64,000 nt of DNA from Trueperaceae bacterium (GTDB lineage: Bacteria; Deinococcota; Deinococci; Deinococcales; Trueperaceae): contig JAXHLW010000013.1 in NCBI GenBank assembly GCA_034521815.1, positions 480,001-544,000 of the forward strand, read 5' to 3'. Both the position numbers and the translations under genes were made by a program. Positions 1 to 11,834 of this stretch are shown here, piece by piece. Below the pieces are notes generated by a model. The model had not been told where the DNA came from, ran no database searches, and saw only the letters and a program-made list of their open reading frames with translations. How positions within the stretch are numbered: position 1 is the stretch's first letter; the number at the start of each line of letters is the position of its first letter.

Positions 1-25
1 TGGACCCGAAGCAGTGGACCCGAAG
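1..25. repeat. Short direct repeat TGGACCCGAAG x2 (14-bp period)
   Basis: tggacccgaag at 1-11 and 15-25; may extend beyond the window edge. Confidence 0.6.
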
Positions 26-59
26 GGCACGACGTTCCGCGGATCGCGAGGCTCCTTTG

Positions 60-242
60 ATGACGACGCAGCCCCAACGTACGATCCCCGATCACGACCA
101 CGTCCGGCGTGCGACCACCGAAGAGCTCGCCCGTACGATCGCCCGATGCGAAGGCGCGATCGCCGACGGCTCGGCCGAGATCGAGGACTACGAAGCGTTC
201 GTTCTTTGCCAGAAGGAGCTCGCCCGCCGGACCTGGTCCTGA
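60..242 (+). CDS. Small hypothetical protein (60 aa)
   Basis: ATG at 60 with GAGG upstream; codon usage typical of this genome and a helical-looking, non-low-complexity sequence (TTEELARTIARCEGAI...YEAFVLCQKELARRTWS). Confidence 0.65.
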   Translation: MTTQPQRTIPDHDHVRRATTEELARTIARCEGAIADGSAEIEDYEAFVLCQKELARRTWS

Positions 243-311
243 CCGACGGTGCCGACCGAACGGTAGGCTCGGCGTTGGCGCCTGGCGGGTCGTCCGCGTA
301 GGATGATCGCG

Positions 312-1055
312 ATGACGGCGATCCGAGACCTCTTTCCAATCCCGAAACCGCGTCGCGGCCGAACGGCCGCGACGACGTTCCTCGTGCTCGGGGCGGCGTG
401 CCTGCTGATGGTGGCGGGCTGTGCTCCCGCCGTCGGCTCTCGTACCGATTCGGGAGCGTCCGACCCGTACCTCCCGGGTGCGGCGGTCGCCGCGGTGGCC
501 GCTCCCGAGCCGGAGCTGCCGGTCGGTTGGCGTCAACGGGGCGAGGCGTCGTGGTACGGCCCCAACTTCGCCGGAAGGCCGACCGCCAACGGCGAGATCT
601 TCGATCCGTCGAGGCTGACGGCCGCCCACCCGAGCCTGCCGTTCGACACGCGCGTGCGCGTCACGAGCCTGGAGAACGGTCGCAGCGTCGTGGTCCGCAT
701 CAACGACCGTGGGCCGTTCGCCCGCGACCGGGTGATCGACCTTTCGAGGGCGGCGGCGGAAGCGATCGGCCTGATCGGCAGCGGGGTCGCCGACGTTCGC
801 ATCGAGCTCGCCGAAGGGCCGGACGGGACCCGGCCCCTTCTCGAGGACGCACGCCTCAGCGGGTACGACGTGATCCTTCCGGGCGCCGAGCCGGGATCGC
901 TGCTGGTGCTGAGGAGCGCATCGGGCGCCGAGGTGCTGGCGCGCGCCGTCGACATGGAGCCCGAGCTCGTGCCCGGCTCGGACGGGTTCGGCTTGTGGAC
1001 CTCGCCCTCGCTGGCCGAGCGGCTGGGCGCGGTCGTGACCGTCGCGGTCGAGTGA
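312..1055 (+). CDS. rlpA: RlpA-family septal lytic transglycosylase lipoprotein
   Basis: Lipobox VAG-C; DPBB motifs GEASWYG, TANGE, TAAHPSLP, VRINDRGPF, IDLS; start placed at ATG 312, 7 nt after TAGGAT (-10). Confidence 0.9.
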   Translation: MTAIRDLFPIPKPRRGRTAATTFLVLGAACLLMVAGCAPAVGSRTDSGASDPYLPGAAVAAVAAPEPELPVGWRQRGEASWYGPNFAGRPTANGEIFDPSRLTAAHPSLPFDTRVRVTSLENGRSVVVRINDRGPFARDRVIDLSRAAAEAIGLIGSGVADVRIELAEGPDGTRPLLEDARLSGYDVILPGAEPGSLLVLRSASGAEVLARAVDMEPELVPGSDGFGLWTSPSLAERLGAVVTVAVE

Positions 1056-1105
1056 CGCGGGGGCGTGACGCGGGGGCGTGGCGCGAGGGGCGTTGCGCGA
1101 GTGGC
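1052..1105. repeat. 13-14 bp tandem repeat (GTGACGCGGGGGC x2 plus 2 degenerate copies) starting on the rlpA stop codon
   Basis: Units at 1052, 1065, 1078 and 1092; the first unit contains the TGA at 1053-1055. Confidence 0.85.
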
Positions 1106-1141
1106 GTGCGCTCCCGCCAGGCGACGCGCGGGAGCTCGTCC

Positions 1142-3171
<2,030 letters not shown>

Positions 3172-3304
3172 GGACCTCCTCCGATCCGGCGCGAGGCCGG
3201 CGGACGGGTGAGCGGGAGCGGCATGAGCAGGGCCTGGCTGACGAGGTCGAGCTGAGGTCGAGCTGATGGGGTCTAGCTGCGCGCAACGAGCTGCACGGGC
3301 CGGA

Positions 3305-3382
3305 TCAACCGCGACGACGCCGCCAACGCTGGTGGCGGTGCTTGAACGCACGGGGCGTCCGGACGCGGGACCTCGGTCGCAT
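3305..3382 (-). CDS. Putative trp leader peptide, 25 aa ([25 protein letters not shown])
   Basis: TAGACT (-10) + 7 nt + ATG, the leaderless pattern seen across this window; one Trp codon; lies in the 220-bp gap upstream of trpBA. Confidence 0.55.
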   Translation of the reverse strand: MRPRSRVRTPRAFKHRHQRWRRRRG

Positions 3383-3392
3383 GGCCGCGAGT

Positions 3393-4415
3393 CTACCGGG
3401 CGGTCCCGGGCGTGTCCAGGCCGTCCCCAGGTGCGCGGGGCGGGCCGCCGGGTCCGGGACCGCCGTGCAGCCACCCCAGCGCGGCGTCGTCGAGGCGGAC
3501 CGGATGGCGCGGCACGGCGGCCAGCTCGAACAGCTCGGCGAACCGTTCGGCCTGCAGCGGCTCGGGGCGCTCGATCTGTCCCAGCGACCAGGCCAGCAGG
3601 CCCACCACCCGCTCCGGGGGGACGCCCGCGTCGCGGAGCGCGCCGACGGTGAGGTCGCCGCGCCGCTTCGCCAGGCGCGCGCCGTCCGGACCGTGGAGCA
3701 GCGGCAGGTGCGCATGCCGAGGCGCTCGCTGATCCAGCAGCCGGGCCAGGACGCGCTGCGCCGCGGTGGAGGGCAAGAGGTCGTCGCCGCGGACCACCTC
3801 GTCGATGGCCATCGCGGCGTCGTCGACCACGACCGCGAGCTGGTACGCCCAGGCACCGTCGGCACGTAGGAGCACGATGTCGCCGACCTCGCGCGCCACC
3901 TCGCTCTCGCGCGGCCCGGCGAGAAGATCGTCCCACCGCTCGGTCCCTTCGGGCATGCGCAGCCGGATCGCCGGCTCCTTGCCCTGGGCCCGCTTGTCGG
4001 CCTCCGCACGGGCGTTCGCGGCGCGCTCGCGTGGGCCGTACACGGCGCCCGCACCGTGAGGTGCGGACGACAGCTCGCGAAGGTCCTTGCGCGACAGCCA
4101 GCAGCGGAACGTGCGTCCGTCTTCGCGGAGGCGCTCCAGCGCGTCGGCGTAGCGGTCCTCGCGCAGCGATTGACGGTACGGCCCGAACGGTCCGCCCACG
4201 TCGGGACCCTCGTCCCAGTCGAGCCCCAGCCAGCGAAGCTCGGCGACGTTCCCGGTGACCGCCTCGGGCACGGTGCGTGGGCGGTCGAGGTCCTCGACCC
4301 GCAGCACGAAGCCGCTCCCGTCGGAACGGGCCCGCGCCCAGGCCGCCAGGGCGGTACGGGCGTTGCCGAGGTGCTGCGCTCCCGTCGGCGAGGGCGCGTA
4401 GCGGCCGCGCGGCAC
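3393..4415 (-). CDS. gluQ: Glutamyl-Q tRNA(Asp) synthetase (GluRS catalytic-domain paralog)
   Basis: [42 protein letters not shown]; no anticodon-binding domain (340 aa). Confidence 0.85.
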   Translation of the reverse strand: MPRGRYAPSPTGAQHLGNARTALAAWARARSDGSGFVLRVEDLDRPRTVPEAVTGNVAELRWLGLDWDEGPDVGGPFGPYRQSLREDRYADALERLREDGRTFRCWLSRKDLRELSSAPHGAGAVYGPRERAANARAEADKRAQGKEPAIRLRMPEGTERWDDLLAGPRESEVAREVGDIVLLRADGAWAYQLAVVVDDAAMAIDEVVRGDDLLPSTAAQRVLARLLDQRAPRHAHLPLLHGPDGARLAKRRGDLTVGALRDAGVPPERVVGLLAWSLGQIERPEPLQAERFAELFELAAVPRHPVRLDDAALGWLHGGPGPGGPPRAPGDGLDTPGTAR

Positions 4416-4421
4416 GGGCGC

Positions 4422-5012
4422 TCAGCCCTCCCGGACGTCCACTCGGCCGGTGCCTTCGTCCACGGCGTCCACCGCCGCGAGGGACACGACCGGCACGCCG
4501 AGCGGCTCGAGGCGGACGCGTCCCTCCTGGAACGTCTTCTCGATCACGGTGCCGATGCCCTGCAGATCGGCTCCCGCCCCCAGGATCAGGCGGGCGAGCG
4601 CATCGATCGTCAGGCCGCTGGCCAGAAAGTCGTCGATCAGCAGCACCCTGTCGCCCGCCTGGAGCGCCTCTGACGACACGACCAACGGCGTGACGCCGCC
4701 CTTCGTCGGGCTGGGCGCCTCGGCCTGGAACACCGGCCCGGGCATCGTGGCGGGCCGCTTCTTGCGCGCGTACACGACCGGAGCGCCGTAGGCGATCCCG
4801 GTCGCGAGCGCGGGGGCGATCCCCGACGCCTCGGCGGTCACGACGACGTCGACCTCGCTCACGCCGACCGCCTCGAATCGCTCGCGGAACGCTCGGCCCA
4901 TGGCCAGCGTCAGCTCGGGCTCGAGGCGGTGGTTGAGGAAGCCGTCGACCTTGAGCAGGCCGCCGGGCAGCACGCGCCCTCCTTCACGGATTCGCTCGAC
5001 GAGGGCGATCAC
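4422..5012 (-). CDS. xpt: Xanthine phosphoribosyltransferase
   Basis: [21 protein letters not shown] and the PRPP loop [19 protein letters not shown]. Confidence 0.92.
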   Translation of the reverse strand: MIALVERIREGGRVLPGGLLKVDGFLNHRLEPELTLAMGRAFRERFEAVGVSEVDVVVTAEASGIAPALATGIAYGAPVVYARKKRPATMPGPVFQAEAPSPTKGGVTPLVVSSEALQAGDRVLLIDDFLASGLTIDALARLILGAGADLQGIGTVIEKTFQEGRVRLEPLGVPVVSLAAVDAVDEGTGRVDVREG

Positions 5013-5028
5013 AGGTCGCGGCGCCCGC

Positions 5029-5967
5029 TCAGGTCCGACGGCGCCGCCGCATCGCCTCGATCATCGCCGAGCCCATGTCGCTGGGCGTCGACGCCACGAC
5101 GACGCCCGCGTCCTCGAGCGCGGCGATCTTGGCGTCCGCCGTTCCCAGGCCGCCCGACACGATCGCGCCGGCGTGCCCCATGCGCTTGCCGGGAGGCGCC
5201 GTGGTCCCGGCGATGAAGCCCGCGACCGGCTTGCCGAGATGCGCGGCGATCCAGGCGGCCGCGTCCTCCTCGGCGGTCCCGCCGATCTCGCCGATCATGA
5301 TCACGCCCTCGGTGGCGTCGTCGGCGGCGAACAGCTCGAGCACGTCGACGAAGCTGGTGCCGTTGACCGGATCGCCGCCGATGCCGATCGCCGTGGTCTG
5401 GCCCAGGCCGACGTCGCTGAGCTGCTTGACGGCCTCGTAGGTCAGCGTTCCCGAGCGGCTGACCACGCCGATGCGGCCGCCTTCGTGGATGTAGCCGGGC
5501 ATGATGCCGATCTTGCACTCGTGCGGCGTGATGACGCCCGGGCAGTTCGGGCCGACCAGGCGCGTCCCGCTGCCCTGCAGCGCACGCTTCACGGTCACCA
5601 TGTCCTGGACCGGAATCCCCTCGGTGATGGCGACGACCAGCGGCAGGCCGGCGTCGGCCGCCTCGAGGATCGCGTCGGCGGCCCCGAACGGCGGGACGTA
5701 CACGACGCTGGCGTTCGCGCCCGTGCGCGCGACGGCGTCGCGCACGGTCTCGAACATCGGCACCTCGACGTCGTAGCGGTCCTCCCGGTCGGGGACGCCG
5801 CTATGGTCGGTCTCGCCCTCGAACCGGAGCGAGGTGCCCCCCTTGCCGGGGTGGACGCCGGCGACGACGTTCGTGCCGTAGGCGATCGCCTTGTCGGTGT
5901 GGAACCGCCCGGCGCTTCCCAGGCCTTGCACCAGCAGGCGGGTGTCGGTGCCGACGAGGACGCTCAC
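5029..5967 (-). CDS. sucD: Succinyl-CoA synthetase alpha subunit
   Basis: [40 protein letters not shown] (phospho-His); GTG start overlaps the sucC stop. Confidence 0.96.
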   Translation of the reverse strand: MSVLVGTDTRLLVQGLGSAGRFHTDKAIAYGTNVVAGVHPGKGGTSLRFEGETDHSGVPDREDRYDVEVPMFETVRDAVARTGANASVVYVPPFGAADAILEAADAGLPLVVAITEGIPVQDMVTVKRALQGSGTRLVGPNCPGVITPHECKIGIMPGYIHEGGRIGVVSRSGTLTYEAVKQLSDVGLGQTTAIGIGGDPVNGTSFVDVLELFAADDATEGVIMIGEIGGTAEEDAAAWIAAHLGKPVAGFIAGTTAPPGKRMGHAGAIVSGGLGTADAKIAALEDAGVVVASTPSDMGSAMIEAMRRRRRT

Positions 5968-7187
5968 CGGGCCGCCTCGACGATCTTGGCCGCGCCGTCC
6001 TTCATGTCGCTGGCGTTCACGACGTCGAGGCCGGACGCGTCGATGATCCGTTTTCCGAGCTCCACGTTCGTGCCCTCCAGTCGCACCACCAGCGGCACCT
6101 CGAGCCCCACCTGTTTCACGGCCTCGACGACGCCTTCGGCGATGGTGTCGCACTTCATGATCCCGCCGAAGATGTTCACGAAGATTCCTTTGACGTTCGG
6201 ATCGCGCGTGATGATCTTGAACGCCGCGGTGACGTTCTCGGTCGTGGCACCGCCGCCCACGTCCAGGAAGTTCGCGGGCTCGCCGCCCACCTGCTTGATC
6301 GTGTCCATGGTGGCCATCGCCAGGCCCGCGCCGTTCACCAGGCAGCCGACGGTCCCGTCGAGCTTGATGAAGCTGAGCCCGTACGAGCTCGCCTCCAGCT
6401 CGGCCGGGTCCTCTTCGCTCTCGTCGCGAAGCTCGGCGACGTCCGGATGCCGGAACAGGGCGTTGTCGTCGAAGCCCATCTTGCCGTCCAGCGCCATCAC
6501 GCCGCCCTCTTCGGTCACGACCAGCGGGTTGATCTCGATCAGATCGGTGTCCATCCGCACGGCGAACTCGGCCAGCGCTTTCATGAACGAGGTCCCGTTC
6601 TTCGCGGCGTCGCCGCTCAGCCCCAAGCCCAGCGCCAGCCGGCGCGCCTGGAAGTCGGCCATGCCGACGGCGGGATCGATCGTCTCGCGCAGGATCTTCT
6701 CGGGCGTCTCGGCGGCCACCTCCTCGATCTCGGTGCCGCCCTCGGTCGAGGCCATCATCAGGTTGCGTCCCGTGGCCCGGTCGAGAACCACCGACAGGTA
6801 CAGCTCGCGGGCGATGCGGACGCCCTGCTCGATGTAGAGCCGGTGGACCGTCTTGCCTTCGGGGCCGGTCTGGACGGTGACGAGCGTCGAGCCGAGCATC
6901 TTCTCGGCCAGCTCGCGGACCTTCGCCTCGGCGGCGGCTGCGCCGCCGGAAAGACCGTCGGTGACGACGTTCACGCCCGCCACGTCGCTGTGCTCGATGA
7001 ATCGGCCCTTGCCGCGGCCACCGGCGTGGATCTGCGACTTGACGACGACGACCGGCGATCCGCCCGCTTCGATCAGCGGTCTGACGGCCGCGACCGCCTC
7101 GTCCGGCGTCCGGGCGACGCGGCCCGCGGGGACCGCGATGCCGCGCTCCGCCATCAGTCGTTTGGCCTGATACTCGTGGATCTTCAA
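5964..7187 (-). CDS. sucC: Succinyl-CoA synthetase beta subunit
   Basis: [54 protein letters not shown] start with GGAGG RBS. Confidence 0.96.
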   Translation of the reverse strand: MKIHEYQAKRLMAERGIAVPAGRVARTPDEAVAAVRPLIEAGGSPVVVVKSQIHAGGRGKGRFIEHSDVAGVNVVTDGLSGGAAAAEAKVRELAEKMLGSTLVTVQTGPEGKTVHRLYIEQGVRIARELYLSVVLDRATGRNLMMASTEGGTEIEEVAAETPEKILRETIDPAVGMADFQARRLALGLGLSGDAAKNGTSFMKALAEFAVRMDTDLIEINPLVVTEEGGVMALDGKMGFDDNALFRHPDVAELRDESEEDPAELEASSYGLSFIKLDGTVGCLVNGAGLAMATMDTIKQVGGEPANFLDVGGGATTENVTAAFKIITRDPNVKGIFVNIFGGIMKCDTIAEGVVEAVKQVGLEVPLVVRLEGTNVELGKRIIDASGLDVVNASDMKDGAAKIVEAAR

Positions 7188-7224
7188 CGCAACTACCTCC
7201 AGGGGGGTTCGTCGACCGACGCAG

Positions 7225-7258
7225 GGTACCGCACGTCGCCGCCGACGCGTGCGGTACC
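7225..7258 (-). promoter_or_regulatory. Strong hairpin in the sucC 5' region
   Basis: ggtaccgcacg (7225-7235) pairs perfectly with cgtgcggtacc (7248-7258). Confidence 0.5.
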
Positions 7259-7385
7259 GGCGCGCGTGGCGCCGGCGAGCGGGACCAGCGTGCGGCGTCG
7301 GCGCGCAGGACCCGCCGTCCCGTCGGTCCCGTGACGAGCGGACGATCGTGCACGCCCGGTGCACGCGGAGCGGTAGGCTTGGCGC

Positions 7386-7886
7386 ATGTACCGCACCGCC
7401 ATCCTCACCGTCAGCGACCGTGGCGCGGCCGGCACACGGGACGACACCGCCGTGCAGTCGATCCGCGAGGTCCTCGGGCGCGGCCCGTTCGTCGAGGTCG
7501 ACTACGACCTGATTCCCGACGAGCAGGCGCGGATCCGCGCGAAGCTGAGGCTTTGGTCCGACGCGGACGGCACCGACCTGGTGCTGACCTGCGGCGGCAC
7601 CGGTCTGGCTCCGCGCGATCGGACGCCCGAGGCCACGAGGGACGTGCTCGATCGCGACGTTCCGGGCATGGCCGAGCTGATGCGCTCCGAGGGCGCTCGC
7701 TCGACGCCGCTCGCCGTGCTCTCGCGGGGGGTGGTGGGGGTTCGACGCGGCACGCTCATCGTGAACCTGCCCGGCAGTCCGACGGGCGCCAAGCAGTCGC
7801 TCGAGGCGCTGATGCCCGTCCTGGCGCACGCGCTCGACGTGCTGGCCGGCGAGGCGTCCGGCGACCCCGGCGCTTGGCACGCCTGA
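7386..7886 (+). CDS. mog: Molybdopterin adenylyltransferase (Mog/MoaB family)
   Basis: [34 protein letters not shown]. Confidence 0.92.
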   Translation: MYRTAILTVSDRGAAGTRDDTAVQSIREVLGRGPFVEVDYDLIPDEQARIRAKLRLWSDADGTDLVLTCGGTGLAPRDRTPEATRDVLDRDVPGMAELMRSEGARSTPLAVLSRGVVGVRRGTLIVNLPGSPTGAKQSLEALMPVLAHALDVLAGEASGDPGAWHA

Positions 7887-7896
7887 GGATCCTGGC

Positions 7897-8376
7897 GTGA
7901 CCTGGCTGGCGCTCGCCGTATTCGTCGCCTCGCTCCTCGTGGGGCTCGTCGGCGTCGTGGCGCCGGTTCTCCCGGGCGTGCCTCTGGCCGCGCTGGGCGC
8001 CGTGGCTGCGGCCTGGATCCGCGGATTCGACGTGGTGGGCGTCGCTCCGCTGGTCTGGGTCGCCGTTCTGGCGGTGGTGGCGCAGGCGCTCGACTTCGCG
8101 GCCGGCGCCGTGGGCGCGCGCGTCTACGGCGCGCGGCGGGCCGGCTTCTGGGGAGGGGTGCTGGGCTCGCTGGCCGGGCTGATCTGGTTCCCGCCGTTCG
8201 GGTTCCTGCTGGGCGCGCTCATCGGCGCGGTCGGAGCCGAGCTGCTCACCGGTCGGCCATTCGACGAAGCTGTGCGGGCGGGGGTGGGCGCCTTCGCGGG
8301 AAGCGTCGGCGGCATCGTCGCGAAGGGCCTGATCCTGATCGCCATGGCGGTCGTGATGGTGCCCGCCCTGCTCTGA
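7897..8376 (+). CDS. DUF456-like membrane protein
   Basis: [18 protein letters not shown] and PPFGFLLG pattern; multiple hydrophobic segments. Confidence 0.75.
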   Translation: MTWLALAVFVASLLVGLVGVVAPVLPGVPLAALGAVAAAWIRGFDVVGVAPLVWVAVLAVVAQALDFAAGAVGARVYGARRAGFWGGVLGSLAGLIWFPPFGFLLGALIGAVGAELLTGRPFDEAVRAGVGAFAGSVGGIVAKGLILIAMAVVMVPALL

Positions 8377-8412
8377 GGCTGCTATCCTCTCCGCTCTGGA
8401 AGCGAGGATTTC

Positions 8413-9330
8413 ATGGACCCCGTACTCGTTCAACTCGGCCCGCTGGCGATCCGCTGGTACGGCCTTCTCATCGCCCTCGGGGTGCTCGCGGGCTCGGTCT
8501 GGTCGCTTCGCGAGGCCCGGCGGCGCGACATGGACACCGACGCGCTGCTCGACATGGCGCCGTGGCTGGTGCTGGCCGGACTGGTCGGTGCGCGTCTGGT
8601 GTTCGTGCTCACCAGCCCCGGGCCGTTCTTCGGGCCCGGAGGTCGCCCGCTGGACGCGTTCGCCATCTGGCAGGGCGGCATCAGCATCCACGGTGGCATC
8701 CTCGGAATCATGATCGCCGTGTTCGTGTTGGCCCGCCGCAAGAAGATGTCCGGCTGGGGCGTGTTGGACGTCCTCACGCCGGTCGGCGCGTTCGGGATCA
8801 TCGGGGGGCGGATCGGCAACGTCATGAACGGCACCGACACGGGTGGCCGGCTGACGGAGCTGCCGATCGGCGTCGCCTGGCCCGAGCGGGGCACCGAGAC
8901 GTTCGGAGCGATCGGACGGTGGATCTTCGGATCCGACCTCTGGGCGTACGCCCCACCGGTGTGCGCACAGGTCCCCGCCGGCGAGCCGTGCGTCGTGCAC
9001 CTCGCGCCGGTGTACGGCGCGGTGGTCGGCCTGGCGCTGATCCCGATCCTCGCCTGGGCGTTCCGGAGGAGCCGCACGCCGGGCTTCGTGTTCGCGCACT
9101 TCGCGCTCTGGTATTCGCTGCTCAGGAGCCTGATCGAGGAGCCGTTCCGCGACAACCCGCTGTTCTGGCCGGTGTACGAGAACGCCTCGATCGGGATCGG
9201 GGTCTTCACCCTGACGCAGCTCGTGTCGCTCCCGATCGTGCTGATCGCGCTGTACGCGCTGATGACGCTGGACCCGGATCGCGACGTGCGGCGCAGCGCG
9301 CTGACGCGGCGCGCCGCCAACCGCCGGTGA
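8413..9330 (+). CDS. lgt: Prolipoprotein diacylglyceryl transferase
   Basis: LAIRWYG, GARL, IWQGGISIHGG, GRIGN and EEPFR motifs. Confidence 0.95.
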   Translation: MDPVLVQLGPLAIRWYGLLIALGVLAGSVWSLREARRRDMDTDALLDMAPWLVLAGLVGARLVFVLTSPGPFFGPGGRPLDAFAIWQGGISIHGGILGIMIAVFVLARRKKMSGWGVLDVLTPVGAFGIIGGRIGNVMNGTDTGGRLTELPIGVAWPERGTETFGAIGRWIFGSDLWAYAPPVCAQVPAGEPCVVHLAPVYGAVVGLALIPILAWAFRRSRTPGFVFAHFALWYSLLRSLIEEPFRDNPLFWPVYENASIGIGVFTLTQLVSLPIVLIALYALMTLDPDRDVRRSALTRRAANRR

Positions 9331-10382
9331 GCGGCGCGGCCGGCGCGCCAGAGGCGGCCTCCGCCGTCCCGGCCTCGCCCGCCGCGGTGATCCTGGCGGC
9401 CGGGCAGGGGACGCGGATGCGCTCGTCGCTGCCCAAGGTCGTGCACCAGGTCGCGGGCCGGCCGATGATCGCCCACGTGGTCCGGACCGCGCGAGAGGCG
9501 GGCGCCGATCCGATCGTCGTCGTCGTCGGCCACGGCGCCGACGCGGTGCGCGAGGCGCTCGGCGACGCCCCGGTCCGCTTCGCCCGTCAGGCGGAGCAGC
9601 TCGGGACCGGTCACGCCCTCGCGTGCGCCCGCTCCGCGCTGCGGGATCACGACGGTCCCCTCTTCGTGTTGAACGGCGACGGACCGCTGCTGCGGCCGGC
9701 GACGCTGCGCGCCATGGCGTCGGTCCACGGCGTGGGCGCCGAGGTGCGTGAGGATCGGCCCGGAATGACCCTGGCGACCGTGCGCGTGGACGACCCGCGA
9801 GGATTGGGTCGGATCGTGCGGGATGCGGGCGGTGCGCTGACCGAGATCGTGGAGGAGGCCGACGCCGACGAGGCGACGCGCGCGATCCACGAGGTCAACC
9901 CAGGCGTGTACCTCGTCGACGCTGGGGTGTGGGAGCACCTGGGCCGGCTCGGAACGGACAACGCCCAGAACGAGACGTACGTGACCGACCTGCCGGCTCG
10001 CTACCTGGCCAGCGGCCAAGGCGTCCGGACGGTCGAGATGACCGATCCCGACGAGGCTCTGGCCGCGAACGATCGCACGCAGCTGGCCCGTTTGGAGCGC
10101 GTGGCTCGGATGCGAATCGCTCGTCGCTGGATGGACGAGGGCGTCACCATGCTCGCGCCCGCGTCGACGTTCCTCGACGACGACGTGGTGCTGGCGCGCG
10201 ACGTGGTGCTGGAGCCGTTCGTGATGCTGCTGAACGGGACGACCGTCGGCGAAGGCGCGCGCATCGGGGCGGGCGCGCATCTGACCTCGTGCGTCGTTGC
10301 GCCGGGCGCGGCCGTCGCGGCGAACGTCGTCGCGCGGGACGCGCGGTTCGAGGCGTCGTCGGGTCAGCCTCTGAGCCGGTAG
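9327..10382 (+). CDS. glmU: GlmU-like N-acetylglucosamine-1-phosphate uridyltransferase, C-terminally truncated (351 aa)
   Basis: ILAAGQGTRMRSSLPKV, QLGTGHA, NGDGPL, GRIVR, NAQNETYVTD; only a few hexapeptide repeats before the stop. Confidence 0.85.
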   Translation: MSGAAGAPEAASAVPASPAAVILAAGQGTRMRSSLPKVVHQVAGRPMIAHVVRTAREAGADPIVVVVGHGADAVREALGDAPVRFARQAEQLGTGHALACARSALRDHDGPLFVLNGDGPLLRPATLRAMASVHGVGAEVREDRPGMTLATVRVDDPRGLGRIVRDAGGALTEIVEEADADEATRAIHEVNPGVYLVDAGVWEHLGRLGTDNAQNETYVTDLPARYLASGQGVRTVEMTDPDEALAANDRTQLARLERVARMRIARRWMDEGVTMLAPASTFLDDDVVLARDVVLEPFVMLLNGTTVGEGARIGAGAHLTSCVVAPGAAVAANVVARDARFEASSGQPLSR

Positions 10383-11833
10383 CCGGCGTCCTCGGGTCCG
10401 TCGAGCGTCTCGAGGGTCAGGCTCTCCACCCGGATCGCGCCGCTCTCGACGTAGAAGCCGACGCGTCCCTCCCGCACGGTGTCGTCCGCCAGGCTCAGCA
10501 CGACCACCCCGGCGATCGACGCTTCGAGGTACCCGCCGAACGCCACGACCTCGATCTCGAACGGCTCCGCTCGCAGGTGGTGGGCCGCCTGCTGGAGCTC
10601 GCGGTAGTCGAACGCCGGCATGCCGGGCGCGACCTCCTCGGCGCGTGCGGTCCACACCCGAATCGCGGCCAGCGCCTTGTCCGGCGACAGGCTGAGGTGG
10701 TAGCCCTCGCCGCGCTCGTCGACGCGGACGAGGACGCCGAACTTGCCCGCCCCCTCGCGCGATAGGCGGGCGCGAAGGCGCACGTCGCGCTCATCGTCCG
10801 GCAGCAGGAACAGCTCGGTTGCGGAGCTCGACACCAGTCGCGCGTCACCGTCGTCGTCGGGTCCGTCCGCGGACGTGCCAGGGACGCCGCAGACCGCCTC
10901 GAAGCGGCCCAGCGCCGATCCGGTCCGCACGCCCACGACCTTCGACTCGAACCCAGAGAACGACCTGACCGACAGCCGGTCGCCGTCCGCGTGGACCTCC
11001 TTGGGCGGCGCCAGCAACGGTCCTCCGGCGGGAGGCGCGAAGAAGTTCCAGAGCAGCCGCGTCTCGCCGTCCGTCGCGAGCGCCGGACGGACCGCGTAGT
11101 TGCCTTGGGGGAGAAGGACGTTGTCGCTTGGCGCCTCGAACGGCCGGTCCAGCGACGCGGTGGACCACAGGTGCACCTTCCGGTCCTCGCGGATCGAGCC
11201 GATCAGCCACCAGCGCTGGCCGGCTCGGAACAGCGCCGGCAGCTCGACGTCGTCGTAGCGATTGGGGTGGTGAAGCGGAGGAAGCGTCGTCGGCGCCCCG
11301 TCGCCGTCCCACGCCAGTCGCGCGACGCAGCCGCGACGCAGCGGCGGACCTTTCGGCCACGCGCGCGGCCGCCAGGATCTCCAGGCGCTCGCCGGTGTCG
11401 ACGAGGAACGGATCGCGGAAGCTGGACCAGCCGCGGGTGCCCGGGCCGGTCTCGTACGCCGGGTGCCCGAGCTCGATGGGGAAGCCGTTCCCTTCGACCT
11501 TGCGCCACGCGTACAGGTCGTGCGAGCGCGCCAGGCCGATGCGCTGCACGCGGCCCTCCTCGGTACGCGACAGGCCCGTGTACAGCATGCGGAACCCCCT
11601 GCCGGATCGGCGCTGACGTGGACCGACCAGAGCATGTCGTCGTCGAACGCGCCGGGATCCCCGACGAACAGGGCGTTGCGTACCGGCGTCCAGCGGGCGC
11701 CGTCCTCGCTGGTGGCGTGCGCGATCAGGTCGTGGTTCGGCAGCACCAGGTGGAACAGGTGGTACACGCCGTCGTGGGCCACGACGTCCACGTCGCCGAT
11801 CTCGACCGGCCGGAATCCGCCGCTCCGGTACAT
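10364..11833 (-). CDS. GH32-like glycoside hydrolase (beta-fructofuranosidase-like); two compensating frameshifts, probably sequencing errors
   Basis: EIGDVDV / YHLFHL / HATSEDG propeller start; MLYTG...IGLARS.DL..W and FRDPF lie in a shifted frame (ORF 10845..11588); DDVELP; C-terminal beta-sandwich. Indels at homopolymers ~11595-11599 and ~11351-11353. Confidence 0.75.
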   Translation of the reverse strand: MYRSGGFRPVEIGDVDVVAHDGVYHLFHLVLPNHDLIAHATSEDGARWTPVRNALFVGDPGAFDDDMLWSVHVSADPAGGSACCTRACRVPRRAACSASAWRARTTCTRGARSKGTASPSSSGTRRTRPARAPAAGPASAIRSSSTPASAWRSWRPRAWPKGPPLRRGCVARLAWDGDGAPTTLPPLHHPNRYDDVELPALFRAGQRWWLIGSIREDRKVHLWSTASLDRPFEAPSDNVLLPQGNYAVRPALATDGETRLLWNFFAPPAGGPLLAPPKEVHADGDRLSVRSFSGFESKVVGVRTGSALGRFEAVCGVPGTSADGPDDDGDARLVSSSATELFLLPDDERDVRLRARLSREGAGKFGVLVRVDERGEGYHLSLSPDKALAAIRVWTARAEEVAPGMPAFDYRELQQAAHHLRAEPFEIEVVAFGGYLEASIAGVVVLSLADDTVREGRVGFYVESGAIRVESLTLETLDGPEDAGYRLRG

Positions 11834-11834
11834 C

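Noticed and set aside
3172-3392. T-box riboswitch upstream of trpB
   Set aside because: No T-box consensus (AAnnnGGGTGGnACCRCG-like) and no U-rich terminator seen; a leader peptide fits better
3393-4415. Second or truncated glutamyl-tRNA synthetase
   Set aside because: Size and motifs fit the known paralog GluQ, which naturally lacks the anticodon-binding domain
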